Assembly: GCA_010093815.1 (NCBI GenBank)
Contig: ML996565.1
Source: Pseudovirgaria hyperparasitica
Lineage: Eukaryota
Direction: 5' to 3' (one strand)
Length of the DNA: 64,000 bases
Each line of letters opens with the position of its first letter. The first letter of the stretch is position 1. Positions 53,646-64,000 of this stretch are shown one piece after another. The translations under genes were made by a program, and so were the position numbers. The notes under the pieces are model-generated. The model did no database searches, was not told the DNA's origin, and saw only the letters and a list, made by a program, of their open reading frames with translations.

Positions 53646-56600
53646 TTAGTAATTAAGGACCTTAGTTAATATAAAGTAACGTAGATTTATATAATCTAAT
53701 AATAATTTAATCTAATATATAGAACCTTCTAAATAATATTACTATTACTTAAAACTCTTAATAATTATAAGTAGTTTCTAGTCGTGCGTATTATAACACG
53801 TCTCTATATCTACTATTTTATAGAAAAAGAAGGTAATTAGGTACTATTATACCTTATTATTTATATTTTTATATAGTTAACTAATAATTCTAGTAATTAT
53901 AAATCCTAACGTATTAGTTTTAACCTAAATATACTTCTTAGAATTAAAATACCTAAGAATTAGTATAGTTATAAAGTAATTCTTTAATAATCGAAACGTA
54001 TCTTACGCTTCCGGTATTAACTATATCTTAACCGACTTAGCTTTACGCTATATCCGCCTATCTATAGAGATTTTTCTACTATTCTTAGTAAGTTTATTAA
54101 GCGGTACTATAATTTATAAGAAGTCTATAATAAATTTATAATAATAGTTTATAAAACCTATAAACGTCCTAATTTAACATACGGTAGTAGGTTCTAGCTA
54201 TTCTATAATAGTCTTTATATGCTCTAGCTCTATTTTTAGACCGCTATATATTATAATAAAGCTAAGAAACCTAACTTCTTATTAGTAAAACTTATATTTA
54301 GATAATTTTACGTAGAGCTTATACTATCTTAGGTAATTTAGTACTAATTTCACGTATTCTTTTTAATCCTATATACTATTAGAGTAAATTAGTATATTAT
54401 TAAGATAAACTATATAGATTACGTTAAGTAATTCTATAAGTATAGTATTAATATATTCTTAAAACGCTTCTAGTATATTTATTAGTTCAAACGGTATAAT
54501 AGTATACTTAAAATAACTATATCTAGTCTAAAATATAGTTTTCTACTTATCTCCGTAATAAATTTAAAGTCGGTAATATATATCTTATAAATCTAGCTTT
54601 ATAAAGTACTTTACCTTTATTAATTAGTCTAGAGATTTACTAACTAATAGTAATAGATAACGATTCTTCTTTATTACCGTATTTAGTACTTAATAGTTAA
54701 TATATAGACGTAAACTTCTATCTTTCTTCTTTATAAAGAGAATAGATATACTAGCTAATAATATACTATAACGTATCTAGTCTCTTCTAAGGTATTCTTT
54801 AATATATTTATAAAGAACTTTAAGTTCTAGTCTTAAAAATAGATAAAGTAGGCTATAAGAGACGTCTACTCCCTCTTTAAGCTTAATCTTTAGCTTATAT
54901 AGCCCGTGATCGGGGAGAAGTAAAGTATCTTCTACTAAAAATATATCCGTATACTATAAATATACGTTAGATAGCGTGTCTTTACTCTAATTATTACTAT
55001 TATTCTCGTCTTTATTAATAATTAATAAGAATATAAGATAGATTAATAACGATTAGGTCCGTATAGTAAGGTTCTATATCTCTTTACTAATAGTTACGAT
55101 CTATTAGTATAGTTTACTATAATATTAATAGAATATTAATATCTTCTTCTAAAAATTAAGAATAGGGTTTAGGCGTTTAAGCTAAGGTATCCCTAGAATT
55201 ATATTCTATTAGCTAATATTAGCTACGATAAATTTATTAGACATCTACTATTTTATTATCTTTAAGTTATAAACTTTATAACTTATTATAGCTTTACCTA
55301 GAGTTCTAACTTTATATCTATTAACTATAATAGTTTAGCTAACTTTACTAAGATCGTATAATAATCCGCACTCCTTTATAAGAATTAATAAAATATAGTT
55401 ATCTTCTATACTAGTATCTATAAGAGCCTATATAGTTTTATTACTATTTACTATAGATAATAATACTTTTAGTAATATTAGGTCTTTACTTACTAGAAGA
55501 CGCTACGGCTCCTTCTAAGTATATATAATTTAGCTAAGAATATAGTTAGATCTTACGTACTAGCCTATTCTTTTTTTAGATTCTTATAGTTAGGTAAAAT
55601 ATATTCTATTTCTCTATACTTATAGTAATAAAGTACGCTATAATCCTACTATTTTATAATAGATATTATATTTAAGTCTATACCTTATTCTTTTCCGTAT
55701 TAAGAACTACTACTCTAATTATTTTAGTATTCTCTTAATGCGTTTTTACCCTAATTTACGCTTTTCTAGTACTAATTATAGTAAGATTACTCTTAATTAA
55801 ACGTATTTAATTAACCTCGTTTCTAACCCGTATTAGATTTATTAGTTTTATCTAGAGAGCCGCGTTCCTTAAGAATATAATAGTATTTATTAGCTTTCTC
55901 CTCTAATTTATATAGATAGTTAAAACTTAATAATACTATTTCTAGTCTTTTACGGATTAACGGAAGTAGTACTTTATAAAACTAGAATATATAAATATTT
56001 TTCTATAGTATAGGGATATTATTCTATAGGTTTTATAGATATTATAGTAGTTAAGTAGATGTCTAGTTTAGTCGTTATACCACGCTTCTTAACTTAGATA
56101 GTGCCTTTCTTTTATATTCTCCGTCTGTTCTAAGGGTATTTAGTATAAATATAGCTAAATATTCCTAGGTTATTATAGATAGTAGCTATACTTCCTTCTA
56201 TCTATCCTATTAATTATAGGATTATAAGTCTAGGTATCGTTCTTTAAACGAAATATATTATACTTTAGTAGAAAAGAGTAGAGGGTTATTAAGGAAGTAC
56301 TTTTCGTAGTCTCTCTTCTAATCTTTCTACTTCTTTTAGTTCTTCTCTATAAATATAGTTAGATCTTAAGATTTTAGTATATCTAAGAACGGAATAGAAT
56401 AAATTAGTAATAAAGTAGCTAGAATTATAGTAGATTATTATAATTCTAGTAGAGGATAAACTACTTCCGCCTAAATTAGTATAGAAAGTTATCTATCTAT
56501 TAGGACGGGAACCATAATGGACCTATATAGACTATTCTAATCCATGTAGCCACGTAGTGGCCAGAGCTAGGTTGAGTTAGCTAAGTTAAGCGAGGTTACT

Positions 56601-56869
56601 ATATAAGTAGACCGCATAAACCGATTCCTACTCATTAGGAATTAACCTCGTATAAGAGTAAGATTACTCTATAAATACATTCCTATATCTCTCTATGAAC
56701 TATTAGACTACTATCCCACGTCTTTACTCTTTATATTTTAATTCCTCTCTATATAGTACGACGGTAGCTTATAGAGATAGCTCCTACTACGCGCTATAAT
56801 ACCCGTGGCACTACCTTATACGAGAGACTCTCTCTAAATCTAAACGAAGAGAATAGTCTCCCTATAACC

Positions 56870-58160
56870 ACCTCTACTAATAAGTATACCCTATAGGCTA
56901 TTATACTAATAACTAGTACGGTATTCTATATAACTATAGAAGATTACCTAGATAATAAGGAAGGAGTCTATTATACTCCATCGCGGTCTAGTTTATACTA
57001 TACTAGATCTATCCTTACTATAAGACTAGACCCTATTAACGTTAACGAATTAATTCGTTAGAACTAACTAACGTTAACCACGCCTTATAATAATATATAT
57101 ACTAAGCTACACGCGGAGAGGTAGCGTTAGGCTTAGCTCGAGTAGTAACTTTATAAACTCGACAAAGCGCGAGGATAAACTACTAGACTCGAAGCCGTAC
57201 TACGCGCTTTAGTACTAGTAGTAACTAACCTATACTAATATAGACTAACTTAAGCCGAAATAGTCTAACTAAGTCTATTACTATCCTAGTTACCTCGGCC
57301 TAAGAAACCACCTTACTTTGACGGTAAAACCAGGAGGAGCTTTCACGAATAGGCTTACTAGTATAGCCGATTCTTCCACCTATTCACGAACGATAGTAAT
57401 AAGATTAGGTTCGCATAGAACTACCTAGACCTAACGCTATCTAAATATTAGATAGTATATCGAATTAAACACCCTAAGGATATATATAACTAGGATACGT
57501 TTACTAAATTCCTTCTTTAATACTTCGGTAATAGAGCCGAGCGACGCGAATAGACTTAGAGCCATATCTTTAAGACTTAATAGCGAGAGAGATAATCCCT
57601 ATTATAACTCCTTAAATACCTCCGACCTCTTTAGAGAGAAGCTAAGGAAGATTATATAGTTCGATAATACGATAACTTTAAAAGGTCCCTTAACCCGAGC
57701 GTAAAGGAACGCATTAACCTTATAACGTCTATCTCTACTAACCTTTAGGTACTCGCGAATCTCGTAGAACGACATTAGCGTATAATAAATAACTAACGTC
57801 GTATAGACGCACGACTATCCCTATTAATCTAATCTAATATAAAATCGTCTAAAGAGGACCGGTTTAGTAATAGATCACGCGGAATACCTTATAGGCGCTA
57901 CTACTCTATAAACTTAAGAAGACGAGGCCTATACCGTAGATCTTTCTACTAGTCGATATATCGAGACGCGAGAAACGACTCGTATAAATAACCTAAAGTT
58001 ACCTACTACACCTATGGTAGGATAGACTATATAGTACCCGAGTGCCGCTTAGGGAAACTACCGAATACTAATATAGATACTAAGTTAGTTATATACTATA
58101 AGTGCTAGTAGCTAGAACATATCGCGCCTAACTACCCGGTATATAATATAAAAAACTAAC
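56870..58160 (+). pseudogene. gag of element D with two CCHC knuckles
   Basis: Knuckle remnants at ~58005-58045 and ~58095-58136; ends at AAAAAAC-TAA, a typical -1 frameshift heptamer. Confidence 0.8.
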
Positions 58161-61100
58161 TACCTACGAGGAACCCTCGCGACTTATAGACGTAACTAAA
58201 ATAGAGGGATAACCAGCTAATTAGTATATTAAACTATAGGCTAGGCCTATTAAGGTCCCTCGTGGATAATATTAGACCGTAATACTTAATAGCGGTTTAG
58301 CCACTAACGTTATATTAACTTAATAAGCACGAGAACTTAACGTCGATATTTAAGTACTAATAGATGCTACCTTCCATAGTATTAATGGTCCTATTAAATT
58401 ATAGGGTACCTATACTATTAAATACGATATCTAGGATAGCGGGGGGAAGTGGAAACCCTACTACTTAACCTTTATCGTGGTAGATAGTCCCTTTAATATG
58501 ATCCTCGGTATACCGTAGCTCGAAAAATATAACCCGAAACTAGACTTTATCTAGAAAACAGCTAGCTGGCGCATGTACCTACTATAATAGAATCTAGTAT
58601 AGCTAGTCGACGACGAATAATTCTAGAAGAACTACAAAAAGGCAATCTCCGCTATCTACGTCCTCTTACTTACTTAAAATAGAGAGCTTAGTATTAAAGT
58701 AGACGAAAACCTACTATATTAGTATAAAATATACTAATATATCGCGTTAGCGATTAACTCGTCCGAATTACCTTAATACTAATCTAACGACCTTACTATT
58801 AACCTCGAAGACGGTTAATAACCCCCATACGGACCCATCTACCCTCTATTAGAACCCGAGCTATAGGTCCTCCGAGAATACATTAAAAAGAACCTTACGC
58901 GAGGATGGATTAGGCCTAGTATATCCCTAGCTAGAGCTCTAATCCTCTTTATAAAGAAGAAGGATAGGAGTCTCTATCTATATATCGACTACCGTAGCCT
59001 AAATAATATCATACGAAAGAATTATTACCTACTACCTCTTATCTCTAAGTCTATTAATAGACTAGGGCGCGCGAAGATCTTTACTAAGCTTAATCTACGC
59101 GACGCCTACTACCGTCTACGTATTAAGAAGGGCGATAAGTAGAAAACGGCGTTTAGGACCCGTTATAGATACTTTAAGTATATAGTAGTCCCTTTTAGAC
59201 TAACTAACGCGCTAGGAACCTTCTAAGCGTACATTAATAACGCGCTAGTAGGCCTACTTAACACGACGTACATTATATACCTTAATAACATCCTTATCTT
59301 CTCTAATAACGAAGAAGAACACATCTAGTACGTACGCGTAGTCCTAGATAGGCTAGAAAAATATAAGCTATATATTAAGCTATCTAAATATAAGTTCCAC
59401 TAGGACCACGTTAACTTCCTTAGCTTCGTTATTACTAATTAAGGTATAACCATAGAAAGGGATAGGGTCGCTACTATCGTGGACTAGCCTAAACTAAAAT
59501 CGGTTCGAGATATACGTGTCTTCATTAGATTCGCTAATTACTACTAAAAATTCGTTAAGTATTTCTCCCGGCTAGTAGTACCGCTTAACGCGCGTACTAC
59601 TACTATAGATTCGTCTATTACGGTCCGCGGTAGATAGAAATAGCGTAATATTAAATTATAGCCTATAGAATTATCGGAAGGCGAAAGGGCCTCCTTCGAG
59701 AAAATCAAAGAGGCATTTATAACTACCCTATTACTAGTGTACTTTAACCTAACTAAACCTATCCACGTCGAAACCGACGCGTTAGGATTTATAATCTTAG
59801 ATATTCTCTCCTAGCCTAGACTAACTAAGTCTAAAAAGGTCTAATAGCATCTAGTTACGTTCTTCTTACGTAAAATAGTTAATATTAAGACTAGATATAC
59901 TATCTATAACTAAGAGCTACTAGTAATAGTAGAGTCGTTTAAATAGTAGCGATATTATCTTAAAGGTACTATATATAACGTCGAGTTACTAACTAATTAC
60001 TATAACTTAAAGGGGTTTATAAGTATAACAGTTTTAAACTATTAATAGGTCTAATAGGCTAAGTAGCTTACGAACTTTCACTTTATAATCTACTATTAAC
60101 CTAGAAGTATAAACCTAGCTAATAGAATATTAAGAAGACCTAACTATAAAGAAGGCGCCTAGGATTATAGTGGCTATAGGGTCCTAGAGTAGCTATAGGC
60201 CTAACTCTTAAGGACGAGGTTAGATTTTAAGTTATTAGGTAATTAGCGAGATGCTAACGTCGATACCGGTAATTAAATCTCTAAGACCGAAGCCGGTAAC
60301 TAAAGACACGGTACTAAAGTCCCTAGTAGGCCGTTTATTAGCGCTATCGGGAAGGGCGATAATACCCGGCGTGAATATCTAATTAATCTTACCTAGTTAA
60401 TTATGGATCTATAGAAGACAGACCCGATAGTTTTAAAGTTACGTAAAATATAGTAAGATAGGTTATTACGGACTAAAGTAGACTATAAGTAGACCTTTGT
60501 GGACGGCTTACTTTACTATAATAGAAAGTACTATATACCGACGGGCAACGCGCGATTTAATATAGTTAGCCGATACTATAACGCTAACCTAGTAGAATAC
60601 TTTAGGTATATATATACCCTAAGCTTAATTCGTTAGTACTATTTTTAGGAAGATATACCTAAGTATATTAAAGAATAGATAGCTACTTATCCGATTTATT
60701 AAAGAACGAAGGCCCCTAGGCATAAGCTATATAGGAATTTATAGCCTCTTTTAGCCCCCCTCTTTATATAGGAAGACGTTACTATAGACTTTATAGTTAA
60801 CTTATCTCTAAGCGAGATGCTTAGGATGAGTTATAATTCTATTCTTATTATTATAGATAGACTTATAAAGATATCTAGGTATATCCCGGTATAGAAGACG
60901 ATTACATCCAAAGAACTAGCGTAGGTATTCTAGAACGAGATTATTAAGGTCTATAGTATACTAAAAAGGATCGTTACGGACCGAGGAAGTACCTTCACGT
61001 CTAAATTCTAGACGTTATTCTACGAAATAGTAAGCATGAATAGAAATATATCTATAGTATTTCATCCTTAGACGGATGGCTAGATAGAGCGATAGAACTA

Positions 61101-61900
61101 GACGCTCGAGGCCTATCTACGTATATTCTATAATTTTAAGTAGGATGACTAGGCCTCCCTACTAAGTATAGTAGAGTTCGTATATAATAATAGTCGTTAT
61201 AGTATAATAGGTATTATACCTTTCTAGGCGAACCTCGGACGTAGTCTAAGGATAGGTTTTTAGCCTTAGACGGTCTAATTTAATTAAATAATAGACGTGA
61301 ACGTCCACGCTTAGGAATTAGCGATTAAAATCTTCGAAACCGTATATAACTATCGCGCTATAATCTAATAAGTAAATGACTCATATACGAAGTACTATAA
61401 TAGATTAGCTAAGGATTAGACGTACGAGGAGGGCGACGAGGTCCTTCTTAACATCTATAATATATAAATGTCGCGAGTAAATAAGAAGCTCGATTATAAA
61501 ATAGCTGGTCCCTTCTAAATCAAACGTCGTATCGGTATAAGAGCCTACGAGCTCGACTTAGGAAGTAATATAAGAATCTATAATGTGTTCCACGTCTTAC
61601 TACTCGAAAGATTTCGACCTAACGTGTATAGCCGTACGAACGTATAGTTACACTCTATTATACTCTAAGATGGACTAGACGTGTTCGAAGTGGACCATAT
61701 TATCGAATATAGGATTAATAAAGACGGTATTTAGAAATATAGAATCCGTTAGAAGGACTACACTAAGGATAAGGACACCTAGGAACCAGCGGTATATATC
61801 TTAAGTTCTATAATAGCTATATATAAGTAAAAGATATAGAATAGCGTATTATTAATGTAAGTATAGCGATATCGCGGTCGTTATAAAAAGAAGAAGGATG
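58150..61900 (+). pseudogene. pol of element D (PR-RT-RH-IN-chromo)
   Basis: LNSG (LDSG) ~58286, KTAFRTRY, YLNN (YLDD) 59278-59289, VETDA, IVTDRG, TDG*IER*N*, GPF, FEVDHII...YRIR*KDY chromodomain. Confidence 0.92.
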
Positions 61901-62465
61901 CCGTAGAGAACGAAGTGCTAAACTAGGAAATCTAGACGCGCACTAGGAAAACTCTATATAGCAGCCCTATAATTCAAGCGTTACACGGTTACTAGACGCG
62001 AAGAAAGCGTAAATAACTATTTTAGAAACGCGACGCGATATACCATAATAGAATAATATAGAGGAGTCTAGAATGGACTAATATAGACCATTATACATGA
62101 GAAAAACATAGGACTAAGAACCTAAAAAAAGGTACCCTACTATAGAATTAAACTCTTAATACGAAATATAAAAGGTTAGAGTACCTAAACTAATAACTAC
62201 TAGGCTACTAGTTCGGGTACTCTAATAGAATTTATAGAGATAAACTAATTTATATACGGTGCCTATACTTAGGTAACTTAAGGAAAATTAGAATGTAGAA
62301 TCTAATAGTTATAAGCTAAGCGAGCGCATATATAATATCGTTAAGTTAAGAATTAAATTACTAGAAACTAGCCGACGGGTATCTAAATGGTCTAAAAAGG
62401 ACTAAAACGGATAAAAGCTAGGTAAATAGAGCCGGCGTGCACCACCTATAGTAGATCTAGAATAT

Positions 62466-62578
62466 ATAGAGCCAGGTATAGAGCTAATATATAGAGCTAG
62501 GCATAGAGCTAATATATAGAGCTAGACTATAGAGCTAATATATAGAGCCAAACCCATAGAGCTAGAACCATAGAGCTA
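62466..62578. repeat. 12-bp-unit tandem repeat (TAGAGCTAATAT-like) in the 3' region of element D
   Basis: Visible tandem units. Confidence 0.75.
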
Positions 62579-62989
62579 CTCCTCTATCTTATTATCCGTC
62601 CTAACCTCTAGTATAGTCCTCTCTAACCGCATGATATAGCGGCGAAGAACGACGACCTTAGCCTCTAGAGTAATAACCCGATCTATTAGAGTCTAGAGGG
62701 AAGAGCCTTAAGCGCTAGAGCGTAGCGACTAGGTCTAAAGTTAGCTAATATAATCTAGAATAATCTAGAAGAGAATATATACCCTCTTATAAGGCGACTT
62801 AGAGGGAGAAATAGTAGACCTCTTATAAGATCTATTAGTAGCGCGAGATAGACGGAGGGGATAGAGCGAATCCTCTCTACGGCCTCTATAGCTAGGATAG
62901 ACTCCCTAGAATAGGTAGCCTAGGCGCTAGGGATCTTGCGGCGGCTAGAAAAATTAATAGGTGTTAAAAATAATTAACGTGCTCGTAAC

Positions 62990-63887
62990 TTATACTTTAA
63001 TAACCTCTAGGAAGAGCTTATAGCGCTCCCTAAACTCCCTCTATATAGTAGGTAGGCGGCTATAAGGACCCCTAAGGGTCTCGCGGACGCGAAGGTCGTT
63101 ATATATATCTTATATATACATAGGAACCTAAGAATGTATTAGCGCGGACTACTTTAGATTATACTAGATTAAGATAGCCCATTATACTTACCTATAGATA
63201 AGTCTTACTAGTCACGGTATAGCGGCGGTAGCGGGTAGATAGAGTAAAGATAGGGTATATAGGCCCGTCGCGGTTAGTAGAGTAGTAGCTAATGCTAGAG
63301 TTAGAGCGAAAGAGATATTTAGAGCCGGCTATATGGCCCTTAATATACTTATAGTATATTAAACCGTAGTTCGCCGTTTTCCTATGGCGTAAACCGCGAC
63401 TACGTTTAGTATCCTTAGCGACCTAGGCCTTATTATTAGTAGGCTAGGGTTTAGAGCGAATATTAAGATTCTAAAAGGACCTAGAGCGACTAAATCGGTC
63501 TATATTAGACCGGAAGGAAGAGCGGCAAGGTAGCGGCGTAGGTAAGCGCGAGGGCTCGCGATTATCGTCTATAATAAGATCTTCTTTATTCTCTAGAGGA
63601 GGTAGAGTAGGCGGCGTGCGCTTTAGAGCGAGAGGAGAACCTACGACTACTTTATCTATAAGTTTAGTACTAGGATTACCTAGATTAGAGCGACTAGTAG
63701 CTATATTAGTAGTAGAGGTAGTAGTAGTAGTAGCCCTAGCTACTCTCTTCTCCGACTTAGAGCGCGCCTTTATACTACCGCGATAGATAGGCTTCTTAGC
63801 CAGCGTGGCCGGGGAGGAGGCGATGCCTTTAGAGCGAGTCTTACGAGAGAAGGAGGTAGGCTTAGAGATAGGACTAGTATTAGATAT
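62990..63887 (-). pseudogene. Antisense, intron-containing Cys-rich ORF inside element D
   Basis: ~230-codon frame 63887-63192 with few RIP-type stops, then GTAAGT donor (63191), GCTAAT branch site, TAG acceptor (63128), and in-frame continuation VPMY. Downstream limit uncertain. Confidence 0.65.
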
Positions 63888-64000
63888 CTATATATATACG
63901 TTAGCTAGAGATCTAAGGAAGGAATATTCGTCTACCCTTAACGGCGATTAACGAAGCTAAATTAGTAACCATAATAACGCGAATAGGTTACATAGGACCG

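Larger units (their letters stand above)
37298..56497 (-). mobile_element. Ty3/Gypsy chromovirus-like element C, heavily RIPed; interrupted by element B, two TRIMs and (at 56498) element D
   Basis: Minus strand RT KKKDRSLRLYINY (~54730) and VYLNNILIYS (54396-54407 = YLDD), integrase EFIYNNS...SPF (~51390). The left boundary is tentative (TATTACGCC may be a RIPed LTR end); the other LTR is not in the window. Confidence 0.75.
2150..64000. repeat. AT-rich, RIP-degraded nested transposon block
   Basis: Abrupt switch to TpA-rich, CpA/TpG-poor sequence. Catalytic motifs carry RIP-type changes (YIDD->YIDN, YLDD->YLNN, TGG/CAG->TAG), and paired LTRs differ almost only by C/T and G/A transitions. Confidence 0.95.
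56498..64000 (+). mobile_element. Ty3/Gypsy chromovirus D (MAGGY/Tf1-like), runs off the window
   Basis: RIPed LTR start TATTAGGACG at 56498; gag, pol and chromodomain in order. The 3' LTR is not reached. Confidence 0.88.

Overview
Fungal (very likely filamentous ascomycete) genomic DNA. The first ~2 kb holds one intact, six-exon gene for an FMN-dependent alpha-hydroxy acid dehydrogenase with a signal-peptide-like N-terminus. From ~2.15 kb to the end, the window is an AT-rich block of nested transposable elements degraded by repeat-induced point mutation (RIP; CpA->TpA / TpG->TpA), so the ORF track shows only fragments. Undoing RIP changes by eye resolves: four Ty3/Gypsy LTR retrotransposons (two complete with paired LTRs and TSDs, 3828-16678 and 37693-49131), a full-length Tad1-like LINE with a 13-bp TSD inserted in a Plavaka-type transposase gene, two copies of a ~0.6 kb TRIM-like element, a solo LTR and a RIP-degraded UPF1/DNA2-like SF1 helicase gene. 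Most notable: (i) the Ty3 element at 37693-49131 carries a ~1000-codon extra ORF whose C-terminal half looks like a PhyH-like 2-oxoglutarate/Fe(II) dioxygenase; (ii) the other Ty3 elements also appear to carry extra ORFs 3' of pol (a ~1400-codon unknown ORF, and antisense intron-containing Cys-rich ORFs); (iii) one ~33-bp palindrome (ancestral TTAGTCAAGGG-N3-CCCTTGACTAA) recurs at ORF boundaries of both the LINE and a Ty3 element. All protein assignments in the repeat block come from manual translation and motif recall, not database searches. Internal domain coordinates are approximate.
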